From: Mobula hypostoma
Taxonomy: Eukaryota
Reading direction: 5' to 3'
Assembly (NCBI RefSeq): GCF_963921235.1
Contig: NC_086097.1
Coordinates: 153,142,001-153,206,000 of the forward strand
DNA length: 64,000 nucleotides
In this document: in pieces, positions 1 through 12,650 of the stretch
Position numbering within the stretch: position 1 is the first letter of the stretch
How the letters are laid out: each line of letters starts with the position of its first letter
Notes under the pieces: generated by a model
Seen by the model: the letters and a program-made list of their open reading frames with translations, nothing else
Told to the model about the DNA's origin: nothing
The model's database searches: none
Position numbers and translations under genes: made by a program

Positions 1-270
1 GCTTTTTCCCAGGGCTGAAATGGATAGCACGAGAGGGCATAGTTTTAAGGTGCTTGGAAGTAGGTACAGAGGAGCTGTCAGGGTAAGTTTTTTATGCAGA
101 GAGTGGTGAGTGTGCGGAATAGGCTGCTAGCGACAGTGGTGGAGGCGGATATGATAGAGTCTTTTAAGAGACTCCTAGATAGGTACATAGAGCTTAGAAA
201 AATAGAGCTCTATGGGTAACCCTAGGTAATTTGTAAGGTAAAGACATGTTTGGCACAGCTTTGTGGGCCC
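1..270 (+). mobile_element. CR1 LINE 3' fragment (cut by window edge)
   Basis: Degenerate 'LFPRAEM..TRGHSFKV..RVV..' CR1 ORF2 C-terminus and 3' UTR; same subfamily as 63693-64000. Confidence 0.8.
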
Positions 271-1075
271 AGACTTATTTCTAAGTGAAATAAAGTCCAT
301 CTTCAACAAAGGAAGTAACTGGATCATAGATTTGCCAAAACCTGAATAAATACCTGGAATATTTATCACAGATTTCTCATATTTGTTTTGCCTCAAAAAG
401 GCTTGAGCTTTAACCTGGAATTTTGCTTCACACAGCAGGCACAATACAATATGAAAGCAAGTCCATGCCTGCCATCACATACTTACCCATTATAATCCCA
501 CTTTCTCATACTAAGCCTATAGCCTGTATATATTCTGATGTTCATCTAAATCCATCTCAAATATTTCCCACATCACACAGACTGTGCCTTCTAGATAACA
601 GTCACTATGCCAGTAAAAATAAATCTTCCTTGGTTCTTCCCTAAACATCCTACTTCTTACCTTCAATCTCAGGCCTCTGGTTATTGAACACAAGTTTATC
701 ACTCTCAAACCTATCAATGACCCTCATTATCTGGATGCCTCTATCAGACCTTCCCTCAGCCTCCACTGCTCGAAAGAAAGAAAATCCAACCAATTCAGTC
801 TATCTTCACAACTGAAGTGCTCCATCCCAGGGAACATCTTTTGTCTCCTCTGCTCCTCATCCCATGACATCATATCCTTTCTGTAGTGTGTAGATCACAG
901 ACAGTAATCAGCAATGTGTTAACTAATATAGTACTTAACAGTACCATAACCTTCCCACTCTTATAGTTTGTGCCCCAACTAATGCAGACCCATATGACTT
1001 CTTAACCACATTTCAATATATTGTTGCTTTAGGAGATCCTTTGACTTTAAACCAAAGTTCCTTTTTTTTTCCGAG

Positions 1076-1174
1076 TAACACACACATAATGCTGGGGGAA
1101 CTCAGCAAGTCAGTCAGCATCTGTAGAAGCAAATAAATAGTCGACACTTTGAGCCAAGACCCTGCATCAGTCCT
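1076..1174 (-). repeat. Degenerate Penelope terminal-repeat (pLTR) derivative
   Basis: Similar to 57721-57821 and to the 3' end of the Penelope element at 62199-62300. Confidence 0.65.
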
Positions 1175-1480
1175 AATAGTTTTTTAGGATTAAATTTCCA
1201 CTTAATTCTTTCTGACCATCTTACTGACTCATCAGTATCATCCTGTACCTGAAGGTCATTCTCCTCATTCTCAACAAAACTAGCAATCTTCATGACATCT
1301 GTGACCCCGAGGTCCAGTCACTTCTGGATTATTCATGTACATAACAAACAGCAGAGGACCCTGATGTACACCACAGGCTTCTAATCATAAAAGCAACACT
1401 TCACTGTTACCTTCTGCCACCTATCACCAAATCAATAATATATTAACGTTACCAAATTAACCTGTATCCCATCACTCTTA

Positions 1481-1617
1481 AACAAAAGAGGTTCTACAAA
1501 TACTGGAAATCCAAAGTAACACACACCAAATGTTGAAAGAATCAGCAGGTCAGGCAGCATCCATTGAGGGGAATAAATAATCAACATTTTGTGCTGACAC
1601 CCTTCATCAGGACTGAA
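1481..1617 (-). repeat. Degenerate pLTR derivative with tail
   Basis: 'tactggaaatccaaagtaacacacacc...cccttcatcaggactg' matches the pLTR family. Confidence 0.65.
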
Positions 1618-3854
1618 TGTAATACCATCATTCTTATCTTTTTAGTAAGAGAACCATTCAGGAACTTTTCAAAGGACTTACTCAGGATTAAGCAGACTAT
1701 ATTAATCACAGTAGGCTCATCAACATACTGAAATATCTCCTTGAAGAATGAAATTAAATCTGACAGGATCTCTCCCTTAACAAAGCCATGCTGATTATCA
1801 GTAAGCAATCCTTATCTCACCATGTGCAGATTAATCAAGTTCATCAGAATTTTGTTGCAATAATTTCTTTACCACTGGACCTAGATTCACCAACTTGTAA
1901 TTAACTAACATATCTCTGCTGTCTTTTTTTTGTATAAAGATATCAGATTTGTTGCCCTCCATCCATCTAGCACCATTTCAGTGGCTAGTGAAGATCTGGA
2001 AATTTCTGTCAGTAATCTTCTTCATTGCTTCCCAGAACAATGTTGGTTAGATTTCATTAGGCCCTAAGATTTTATCTACCTTCAAGCTGATTTAGCCATC
2101 TAATACCCTCTCTTTTTTTAGCAATTTGTTTTAGAAGAACTCAGCAGATCAAACAGCATTTGCAAGGAAAAATGTTGACATTTCAGGTTGAAAATTTCAA
2201 TGAAATTTTGAAGTAACATTTAAGTCAGGAAGTTGTAACTTTTTCTCCCCTCTCTGTGGAATGTACCCCAGAAGAATCCCTATCCAATATTTACCCATGA
2301 TTAATAATATCAGAGGAAAATTGAGTGTTTACTTCTTTGGTTGTTATGAGATTTTGCTCTGTACAAATTAATACCCATATTTCCTTACACTGTAAAAGGG
2401 GCACCAACTATGGTGTATGTTATTGGCTGTAAAATGCACAGAAGCTTTTAAGGATAGGAATGAGCTTGGTAACTCAGCTTTTTGTATCTGTGGAATAATA
2501 AAGGGTGAGCAGGAGCAACATCATGATGGCTATGTCACTCTGTACTTTGCATGATAAGCGACAAGTGATACTTGTTCCATATATTTCTGTATTTCCATTT
2601 AGAGAGAATCAAAAGAATATAATAGCACAAGAAGACAGGAGCAGAAGTAAACTGTCAGGCCTCTCAAGCCTTCCCTAGCATACTATATGATGATGGCTAA
2701 GATTTGTTATAATTAACTCTTCTGTACCATTTCCCCAGAAATCTAAATTCCTCAATCTCCATCTTAAACATATTGAATAATTTGGCACTTACCACCTTGG
2801 TTTTGGGGGCGGGGGGGGGGGGTGTCAGAGAATTCCAGAGATTTATTATACCCTGAGAATGAAAACCTCTATGGATTCAGTTGTAAACGCCTGGACCCTT
2901 GCTTTGTAGCAATGTACCCCTGTCTAATGAACTTCCAATGACAATAAATATTACCATATTAAGAGCTAAACCACCCATCAGGACTTTTGGTTAGAAATTT
3001 AGCTGGTATTTAATCCATACATCAGTCTCCTCCTACCTAGTTTATCTCTGCCTTGCAAATGAATAATTCATGGTAATAAATTCAATCTCACTTCTATCTT
3101 CTTCCTATTTAATTAAAATAAATACTGATCATGATCAAGAATACACCACCCACTTTCTCTCTCTCCCCAAATCTCCTTTACTGATATCTTCATCAGCTGT
3201 ATCATTTGACAGCTTCTTACCTACTGTGGCATTGCTGAAAGAGACGTGGACCATTCCTGCATATCAATGCTGAAAGTATAGACAGTAAGCACAGAAGGAG
3301 AAATAAAAATCTGCATTCAGTTTCAGCTGAGTTTCTGGACTAAAGTTCCGAGCAGATGTTCCTGAAAATCTATGGAAGAGGGTGAGCAACTGGATTCCTG
3401 ACCACAGCTTGGGCTAAAAAAAACGAACTATTTTAGGGCAAGTGGAGGCTGTAGGTGAAATAAGCTTAACTTGCTTTTCTTGAGTAATGGGATCAAGCTC
3501 CTTTCCGCCATGGCTGCAGTTCACATGCGTCAGTTTTAATTCAGGACTTATTCCATTTTCTCTTTACTATACAGTAGACGTTCAAAAGCAAATATTTCTT
3601 GCAATCTATATGGCAAGCAATGAACATCCCTGGTGCTCACCCATTCTGTGTGAATCAGATAGAGGTCAGATTAAGTCATGTCAGATGCTTGCGGACATTG
3701 AGCTATTGATACATACTGAGCCATTGAGGTGAGACCAGTGCACCTTCTCTCAATTGCTGTAATACAATTGCTGAATGATTTTGCACACACACACATACAC
3801 CAATCTGTCCCGACACCATCCTCTCAGAACTAGCTCTTTAATTTTTATTTTTTT

Positions 3855-4092
3855 AAAGTTTAGAGATAGAGCAACGTAACAGGCCCTTTAGGCCCAGTGA
3901 GATTGTGCCTTACAATTACACCCATGTGACCAATTAACCTACTAACCCTTATGTCTTATGAATGTGGAAAGAAACCTGAACTCCTGGAGGAAACCCATGT
4001 GGTCAAGGGGAGAATGAACAAACTCATTCCAGACAGTGGTGGGAATTGAACCTGGATTGCTGGTGCAGCCACGGTGTTATGCTAACTGCTGC
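3855..4092 (-). mobile_element. tRNA-derived V-SINE-like element
   Basis: Minus strand has a box-B-like 'ggttcaattcc', a V-domain-like core (ttctcccc..catgggtttcctccaggag) and a CR1-like 3' tail; homologous to 24150-24375. Confidence 0.65.
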
Positions 4093-4126
4093 AGACTACT
4101 TTGGTTCATGCCAATTCTTATGAGTA

Positions 4127-4359
4127 CAAGCAACACACATCAAAGTTGCTGGTGAACGCAGCAGGCCAGGCAGCATCTCTAGGAAGAGGTACAGTCGACG
4201 TTTCAGGCTGAGACCCTTCGTTAGTCCTGACGGAGGGTCTCGGCCTGAAACGTCGACTGTACTGCTTCCTAGAGATGCTGCCTGGCCTGCTGCGTTCACC
4301 AGCAACTTTGATGTGTGTTGCTTGAATTTCCAGCATCTGCAGAATTCCTGTTGTTTGCG
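4127..4359. mobile_element. Palindromic (inverted) Penelope pLTR insertion
   Basis: About 98-bp inverted arms (4127-4224 / 4227-4324), a 35-nt extension on the right arm only, and a 13-bp direct repeat CTTATGAGTACAA at 4117-4129 and 4360-4372. Confidence 0.9.
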
Positions 4360-4499
4360 CTTATGAGTACAATCCTATCAATCCATTCTTCTTATTTCTT
4401 CAAGACCCTGCTGTGTATTCCTTCCCATTAATTCCTGACTTGATTCTTCCATCACATTCCTGCAGTGTGGGTAATTAAGTAAGCCACTTCTCTTAAAAG

Positions 4500-4980
4500 T
4501 AAGAACCAAATTGCTGGAGGAAATCAGCAAGTCAGGCAGCATCTATGGAAGTAAAGAATTGGTTAACATTTCTGGTCAAAGTCCTGAATCAAGACTGAAA
4601 GCGTGGAAGGGGCACCAGAGAGGTGAAAGGGAGGGATGAGTCTGGAGGCTGGCAAGTGGTAAGTGAAACCTGACAAGGATTGGGATGATGGGCAGATAGA
4701 TCCTTTTGGGGTGGGGAAATGGAGTAGTGGAATTGGGATCATAGCTGGTGGATGATTAGCAGAAACAGACAAGGAGAGAGAAAGAGAAAGAGGGACAGAG
4801 AGAGAAGCAAAGGAGTAAATGGGCAGATGAGGACAAAGGAAAAGGTTTAGATAATGATAGAGGTTGGGAGGTGACTGTGGAACCAGACAAGGGAGAAATA
4901 ATTGTCAGATGGAACCAGTAGTAAATTGGTGATAAGCAGATGGAAGCAGATCAGGAAGTAGATAGGTGAAAACTGAACTA
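4500..4980 (-). mobile_element. Old Penelope 3' region (pLTR plus purine/pyrimidine-skewed UTR)
   Basis: Degenerate pLTR followed by a GA-rich tract on the + strand, same layout as 62199-62590. Confidence 0.55.
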
Positions 4981-7149
4981 TACCTGCTGGGGAATTTATA
5001 GCACAAGGCACTTGCTGTTTGCAAGAATGATTTCTCACGTTGTATTATATTTTCCATCTACCTGATTCTGCAACATTCTCAAAGTGCCAGTTATTCTGCA
5101 AAATAGAGATGTAAAGAAATGCTCAATAGAACAAATCTAACCTCATTTTTGACCAGCAATTGGCAGTCTGCTTCCATCATTTCTGGAGTATAATTACACT
5201 GGCAAATGTTGACTTTGCCACAGTTCTTCGTTGTGATAACATGGTCATCTTAATTCGAAATAAACTTGAAGTGACTAAAGTATATTTAAATCTGATTTCA
5301 TGAAATCATAAAATTACATAGCATTAAAGGAAAACATTTTCAAATCTTCACCATTAGCTTCTGATACCTTGTTATGCTTGTGTCAATTCTTTGATAAAGC
5401 AATTCAGTTCAAGATGCCTTGGATAGCAAAAAAGAATAATACTAGTCTGATATTGCAGGGGATAGCCTCTTGAGATTGGGACATTAGCACATTGACAAAG
5501 AGGTGTTGCAGGCATGTTACTGTGCATGCAAACTGACTGGTTTCAATACTGGTGCAAGCTCAGTGAAACACCAAGGTTGTAGGTGAAAGCCATCACTAAT
5601 GTTAAAAACAAGTTATGACAAGTTAAATCAGGAATTAATGGATGAATTCTTTAAACTTATCCTCTAGCACTTCTGAATACCTTCCACTGACATAACTTCA
5701 GACAACATAACAGAACATATGAGAAAAAAGTAGAACTAAAACACAGATTTTCTTGAACCAGCTCCATCATTCAATCAGAATATTGATGAAATACTACCAG
5801 AATGATCCCTCTAAACTTCATCCCAAGGCCTTTTGATTTCCTTACTGTCAAAATGCCCATGGTCTTTAGATTGGCCGGGCATTAATCTTGAATATATTTA
5901 TCAGGTTTATCCTCAATCTTCAGTTGTAAAAAATGTCAAAGATTTACAATTCACTGAGGAAGAATAATCTCCTCCATTCAATTTTAATTTTCAAATTCCC
6001 TCTATAGCAACTGCTTTCTTGACAAAAGTTAGCACTAATTATTAGTAAATTGTAAGAATTGCCACGCAATGAAACAAAGCACTATCTCAAAGCATTCTGC
6101 CTCTCTGGCCATTCACTGGTGAAAATGAGGGGATGCTGACCACTCAGTTCTGGCTTCAAACCCGGTTTAAACCTTTGGCTGGAGGTCTGCATTATGTATA
6201 GGGCTGTAGAACTGATTTACAGTAAAAGAGTTAGGACTGTCTTCGTGCAGTTCACAAGAGTTCAGCTCCACACCACTAAACTGACATGGAAAATAAATTA
6301 CACCTAAACATATTGAGCCTATAATTAACCCAAATGCAAAGAATGATCACACCACTCAGTATGCAGGTTAACATATGTACTATCTTGCATGGTGCAAGGC
6401 CCCAAACAAAGAAAGTGGAGATGAACAATGAGATTAAGATGAGACGAATAACCTGTTTTAAGTGTTAAGGACATCATCTGTTACGTTCAAATTTGTCATC
6501 TTTACCATCCACTTCAGTGTATAGATAGGTCATCAGTTTATCATCTAATTAAGACGATCCTATCTCTAACAATATAACATTTTGCTGGAGTGTGGATTAT
6601 GTACTGAAATACCTAGAGTGAGGCTTGAAGTGTTAGCCTAAATAATGAAACAAAACTGCATTAGCTGGTTCTGGAGCTTACACCACAGTATAACTTTATG
6701 CTTCCTATGCAATTGTTCAGTTCAATTTATAGAACTGCTCTGAAATAGGAATTAGGAATATCTCTGCTGCTAATATCATCATGAAATCTTATTAACAATG
6801 AACAAGTGATTGCTTTCGTGCTGATAAATCAGGGTTGCCTGTATATTTACAGGGAACAAATTAATCTTTGCTTGCTAATGTTTTATAACTCCAGACAGAT
6901 CATTAGCAAATTATAGAATTAAAAAAGAATTTGGGACTGATATAAATCATTGCATTTTAGATTCACATCAAATTTAGCATCTAATCTATCTGCTTAAGGA
7001 GACTTTCGAGATATACCTTGTTTGTCTATAAAGTTAAATGAAAATTCTTTTACAAACTCTTCTTGTTAATATCTATACATGATAAATGAACATGCAATAG
7101 AAATCAATCCATTATTGAGAAATGTAGATTGAGCTTCCATTGACATGGG

Positions 7150-7285
7150 TTCTGATGGATGTTTCTCAGCCTGAAACATTGACTGTTTACTCTTCTGTAT
7201 AGATACTGCTTGACTTGCTGAGTTCCTGAAGCATTTCATGTATGTTGTTCAAGACTACCAGCACCCACCAAATTTCTTGTGTTTA
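7150..7285 (+). repeat. Degenerate pLTR derivative
   Basis: 'tctgatgga..ctcagcctgaaacattgactgtttactc..gctgagttcc' is the sense orientation of the pLTR family. Confidence 0.6.
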
Positions 7286-7984
7286 GTGATATATCTTGTC
7301 AGGAGTTTGTTCACTATCTACTTACACATACCTCTGTCTATTTATCAAAAATCTGTTCAATCTCATGAGCTAAGGGGTCATACCTGTAGTATTATTAATT
7401 TCAGTTGTGAAAAAATAGTTATTGATTTAAGGTTGTCACTTCTTTACAAGTGCCTAGCTGCTTTTTACACTGCAGCAATATCAATGGCAAGCTTGAGGAG
7501 TCCTTGAATAAATAGGATGCACCTTGCATCTCATATTTACTTGTCTGCAAATGACCTTAGTTGAATGTTAGAAAAACAGAGGGAACACATATCTTGCATT
7601 GGTGATGAGGATGGATGGCAAAGAATCACAGCCATCAAAACTGAAGAGTCATTCTGCGTCAGTAGAGTGACTCCAACAGACTAAGATCAATTGCAGCAAT
7701 TGAGACATGAATCTGAGAATAAAGAGGAAAGCTGGTGCATACAAAGTTGACTATAAAATGAAAGACCTGTTTCATAACTATTGACGTGGTAAATACAAAA
7801 AAACTGACAGGCTAGTTCAAGACCAGGAATATTTTAAATTACTGTGTGTCCTCATAATCTAATCTAATAATCTAATCGAATGATATAGTATATGCCAATT
7901 GAATCCTTCAATTGATACATTAAAGGTATGAAGGTGTTTTCTTAGATAAATAGCTTTGCTGAAATCATAGAAAGACGCTTGTTA

Positions 7985-8640
7985 CAAAGTTCAAAACTCA
8001 AAGTTTAAAGTAGACTTATTATAAAGTACATAAATACTACTTAACAAACTTGAGATTTATTTTCTTGCCGATATTTACAGGAAAATAGAAACATAATGGA
8101 ATTTTACAAAATCTAATACAGACTTTTAAGAAAGTAAAGGTATTATTGTACCTACTTTGTGATGACACTTAAGTGTTAGTATCAGGACAGATTCTCTGAT
8201 AATGAATGCCTAAGAATTTAAAGCTACTGATTCTCTTCACCTCCATTCCCGTAACAAGGACTGGCTCACGGACTTCCAGCTTCTTCCTCTTGTATTCGAT
8301 AATTGGGTGTCCAGTTTTGCTGATGTTGAGTGAGAGATTGTTGTGGAATCACTCAGCCAGATTTTCAATCTCCTGCTATATATCGATTTGTCACCACCTT
8401 GGTTTGTTCAACAACTGTGGTGTCATCAGCAAATGTAAATATGTCATTGGAGCTGTACTTAGCTACACAATGATAAGTATAAAGCGAGTAAAGCAAGGGC
8501 TTTCAGTAGCACAGACCTGTGATGACTGTGAGTGTGAAGGACAATTTATTGCCAATCTGTACTAACTGGGGTCTGCCAGTAAGGAAATTTAAGATCCCAT
8601 TGCACAGGAAGCATAGGGAGGTACCAAGGTTCATGTTCGA
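7985..8640 (-). mobile_element. Rex1/Babar LINE 3' fragment
   Basis: Minus strand encodes '[14 protein letters not shown]' and 'FADDTTVV'-like motifs; the 3' UTR matches other Rex1 copies in the window. Confidence 0.7.
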
Positions 8641-8689
8641 GTGACCTAGAACCACTCTATTTTGTTTACTGTCACAACATGTCAACAGC

Positions 8690-9065
8690 AAAGGTCATTT
8701 CATTGGTTTTTCACTCAGCTCTGAAATATCTGGACAATGAAGATGTATGGCAACACACACAAAATGCTGGAGGAACTCGGCAGGCCAGGCAACATCTATC
8801 GAAAAGAGTAAATAGTCGACTGTTTACTCTTTTCCATAGGAGCTTCCTGGCCTGCTGAGTTCCTCCAGCATTTTATGTGTGTGCTTGGATCTCCAGCATC
8901 TGCAGATTTTGTCAGCTTAATGAAGATGCATATGCCAGGATGCTCATTATTGACTACAGCCTAACTTTCAACACTAATTACTAATTCCCAATACATGGGC
9001 TTCAGTACCACCCCATGTAACTGTATCCTCGATTTCCTCACTGACAGACCCAAGTCAGTACAAGG
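8690..9065 (+). mobile_element. Rex1/Babar RT fragment interrupted by a pLTR palindrome
   Basis: Reads 'LDNEDAYARMLIIDYS...ILDFLTDRP' once 8748-8918 is removed. Confidence 0.65.
8748..8918. mobile_element. Fold-back pLTR insertion
   Basis: Inverted arms centred on GTC|GAC (8815-8820); direct repeat AATGAAGATG at 8736-8745 and 8919-8928. Confidence 0.85.
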
Positions 9066-9404
9066 TCATACCCTGACATAACAGACAATTTTGTTAATAG
9101 ATACTTACACAATGCTGGCAAAACAAGTTGACAATTGAATTTCTATATTTCAAAGTAACAGAGAAATCATAAAGCCACTTCCACTCAGCAGATTTACAAG
9201 AGAAGGACTTGATGTTCTAAATAACCAAATGTAAAAGGATATTTTAATGGGCAGATGAGATAGCTCCATGAATGGAAATGATGTCTAAAATTTCAAAGAG
9301 GTTTAGGTATGCTCAGTTTGACCATTAGTGTAAAAGCAATACATGGATTATGACAGGAAATTTACAGGAACACCAACAATCGCATAGTCATGGTGTCCAC
9401 AAAA

Positions 9405-10400
9405 GCATAAGACCATCAGACAAAGGAGCAGAATTAGGCCAATCAGCCCATCGAATCTTCTCCATTCCATCATGGCTGATCACAGATCCCACTAAACCCC
9501 ATACACCTGCCCTTTCACTATATCCTTTGACGTCCTGAACAATTAGGAAATTATCAACTTCTGCTGGAAGTGTACTCACGGACTTGGCCTCCACTGCAGT
9601 CTGTAGCAGAGCATTCCACAGACTCACTACTCTCTGGCTAAAGTATTCCTCCTTACATGTGTTCTAAAAGATCGTCTCTCAATTTTGAGGCTGTGCCCTC
9701 TGATTCTGGATACCTCCACCATAGAATACATTCTCTCCACATCCAGCTTATCAAGTCCTTTCAACATTTGGTAGGTTTCAATTAGGTTCCCCCACATTCT
9801 TCTAAGTTCCAGTGAGTACAGGCCCAAAGCTGCCAAATGCTCCTCATATGTTAACCCCTTCATTCATCGAATCATCCTTGTGAATGTCATCATCCTACAC
9901 CAAGGAAATGGGCCCTTTAGTCCAACTAGCCCATGGTAACCAAGATGCCCATCAAGGCTAGTCCCATTTGACAACATTTAGTGCTTAACATTCAAAATCT
10001 TTTCTATCCATGTATCTGTCTAGCTGTCTTTTAAAAGTTGGTATCATACCTGCCTCAACCACTTTCTCTGGTGGCTCATTCCACATGCTTACTCCTCTTT
10101 GTGTAAAAACATTGCCCCTCAAGTTCTCAGTAAATCTTTCCCCCTCACCTTAAACTTATCTTCTCTAGGACTTGATTCCCAATTCTGGGAAATAGACTGA
10201 GTGTATTGGCCCTAATGATTTTATACACTTGTATATAATTATTTCTTAGTATCCTATGATTCAAGGTGATATCCTTGCCTGTCTGACCTCTCCATATAAT
10301 TCAGTTGTTTCAGTTCTGACAACGTTCTTGTAAAATATTTTTGCACTCTTCCAAGTTTAATAATTTCTTTCCTATATCAAGAAGACCAAAACTGGTTACC
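9405..10400 (-). mobile_element. Two CR1 3' fragments (about 9405-9890 and an older one at 9890-10400)
   Basis: ORFs 9627-9863 ('GLTYEEHLAALGLYSLE') and 9388-9627 are the CR1 C-terminus; cataaga-type tail. Confidence 0.75.
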
Positions 10401-10452
10401 CAAGTAAAAGTGGCAAAATAAATGGCTTTAGAAGTAGACTCTGTTATCATTA

Positions 10453-11343
10453 GGAGGAGGATGCTAAGAGGATGGGGAGTGACTTGGATAGGTTAGGTGA
10501 GTAAGCCAATTCATGGCAGATGCAATTTAATGTGGATAAATGTGAAGTTATCCACTTTGGTGGCAAAAACAGGAAAACAGATTATTATCTGAATGGTGGC
10601 CGATTAGGAAAAGGGGAGGTGCAACGAGACCTGGGTGTCATTATACACCAGTCATTGAAAGTGGGCATGCAGGTACAGCAGGCGGTGAAAAATGCGAATG
10701 GTATGCTGGCATTCATAGCAAGATGATTCGAGTACAAGAGCAGGGAGGTACTACTGCAGTTGTACAAGGCCTTGGTGAGACCACACCTGGAGTATTGTGT
10801 GCAGCTTTGGTCCCCTAATCCACGGAAAGACATTCTTGCCATAGAGGGAGTACAAAGATGGTTCACCAGATTGATTCCTGGGATGGCAGGACTTTCATGT
10901 GATGAAAGACTGGATCGACTAGGCTGATACTCACTGGAATTTAGAAGATTGAGGGGGGGTCTTATTGAAACACATAAAATTCTAAAGGGATTGGACAGGC
11001 TAGATGCAGGAAGATTGTTCCTGATGTTGGGGAAGTCCAGAACGAGGGGTCACCGTTTAAGGATAGAGGGGAAGCCTTTTAGAACCGAGATGAGGAAAAA
11101 CTTCTTCACACAGAGAGTGGTGAATCTGTGGAATTCTCTGCCACAGGAAACAGTTGAGGCCAGTTCATTGGCTATATTTAAAAGGGAGTTAGATATGGCC
11201 CTTGTGGCTAAAGGGATCAGGGGGTATGGAGAGAAGGCAGGTACAGGGTTCTGAGTTGGATGATCAGTCATGATCATACTGAATGGTGCTGCAGGTTTGA
11301 AGGGCCGAATGGCCTACTCCTGCACCTATTTTCTATGTTTCTA
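10453..11343 (+). mobile_element. CR1 subfamily A, 5'-truncated, with premature stops
   Basis: Near-identical to 26102-26990; 'MQFNVDKCEVIHFG...RVVNLWNSLP'; ctatgtttcta tail. Confidence 0.92.
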
Positions 11344-11952
11344 TTACTGCTCGTGGCATAGTGGAACCGCAGGTAATAAGTTAAGTCATGCTGCAAGTGA
11401 CCCGGATGTAATTGGCAATTCTGATGCTGTTTATGTGGAGTTTACGTGTTCTCTCCCATATCTCAAAGACATTCTCATTACTGTAAGTTATCCCTAATGT
11501 AGATAAGTGTGTAATTGTTTGAATGGGGCTTGGGGGAAGGGATGTTAATGGACCTGAGAATGTATTTTCTAGGGAAATAAGTGGCAAAATAATGGGCAAA
11601 GCAAAAATCTCAAAGGAAGGGGAACAAGTACAGTAGAAAACCACAGAAATTTACGTACATTGAAATGGATGAGAAATGCGAGAAGCACAGTTTAAATGGA
11701 TTTATGTCATTGGATTAACTCAAGAAAACTATAATTTTAAAATGAGCATTAAGATGAATAACAAAAGGTTTAACAGGAATATTGACTCAGACAAATGGGA
11801 AGGAATGCTTATAACCAAAAGTTAAATCAGTTGCTTTATGAGACATACTTTACAACTAAGTACACACCCTGATAAAAGCCTGATGTAATTGCAATGAGCA
11901 GAATCCCTGGTCCTTTATGAAGGAAAAGGTGTTATTTATGACTGGGTACATT

Positions 11953-12650
11953 AAGTCAAGTCAAGTCAAGTCAAATTTATTTATAAAGCACATTTAAAAA
12001 CAACGCATGTTGACCAAAGTGCTGTACAAACCATAATAGGTAGCTAAAATCACAAATACAAGAAACACAGATATAAACAACAAGGCACACAGCTTATCTG
12101 CACAAAATAAACAACACATGAGCCTAGGCGCAAGCCAAAAATCAGCCACATCAGGAAGATTCAAACGCTGGTGAATAAAGGTAAGTTTTGAGCCTGGACT
12201 TAAAAGAGTCAATGGAGGGGGTAGATCTGATAGGGAGGGGAATGCTGTTCCACAGTCTAGAGGCTACAACAGCAAAGGCACGGTCACCCCTAAGCTTAAC
12301 TTGAGATCGCGGGACAGCCAGGAGCCCCAAGTCAGTCGACCTGAGGGACCTGGAAGTAGAATAAAGGGTTAAGGTCTGTGATATAGGAGGGGGTCAGCCC
12401 ATTTAGGGCTTTATAAACGAACAGGAGAACTTTAAAATCAATTCTAAACCATACTGGTAGCCAGTGAAGAGAGGCCAGGATAGAAGTAATATGGTCCCTC
12501 TTCTGGGCACACGTCAGGAGCCTGGCTGTGGCGTTCTGGACCAGTTGCAGGCGGGACAGGGGCGACTGTCTAATCCCAGTATACAGGGAGTAGGATTAGT
12601 CCAAGCGGGAGGATATAAGGGCGTGGATGACCTTCTCGAGATCTTTAGCA
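11953..12650 (-). mobile_element. L2 LINE 3' end with (GACTT)n tail
   Basis: Minus strand encodes 'DHITSILASLHWLPVWFRIDFKVLLFVYKALNGLTPSYITDL', a typical L2 C-terminus; AATAAA precedes the tail at 11953-11974. Confidence 0.85.

Larger units (their letters stand above)
580..2110 (-). mobile_element. Old degraded CR1 RT region, interrupted by short Penelope-terminal repeats
   Basis: ORF 1581-1808 reads 'DNQHGFVKG..LISFFKEI..VDE', homologous to the young CR1 'QHGFVKGKSCLTNLIEFFEDVT'. Boundaries approximate. Confidence 0.65.

Noticed and set aside
4096..4336. Recurrent ORFs 'MLVNAAGQAAS' and 'MLEIQATHIKV' (also near 19639 and 62217)
   Set aside because: Incidental translations of the non-coding pLTR repeat.
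4127..4359. DNA-transposon MITE or pre-miRNA interpretation of the palindrome
   Set aside because: The arms match the Penelope terminus, the tail is asymmetric and TSD lengths vary between copies.
7985..9065. Twin-priming inversion of a single Rex1
   Set aside because: Both opposed pieces contain the same 'IL.FLT.RP' segment, which fits two separate insertions better.
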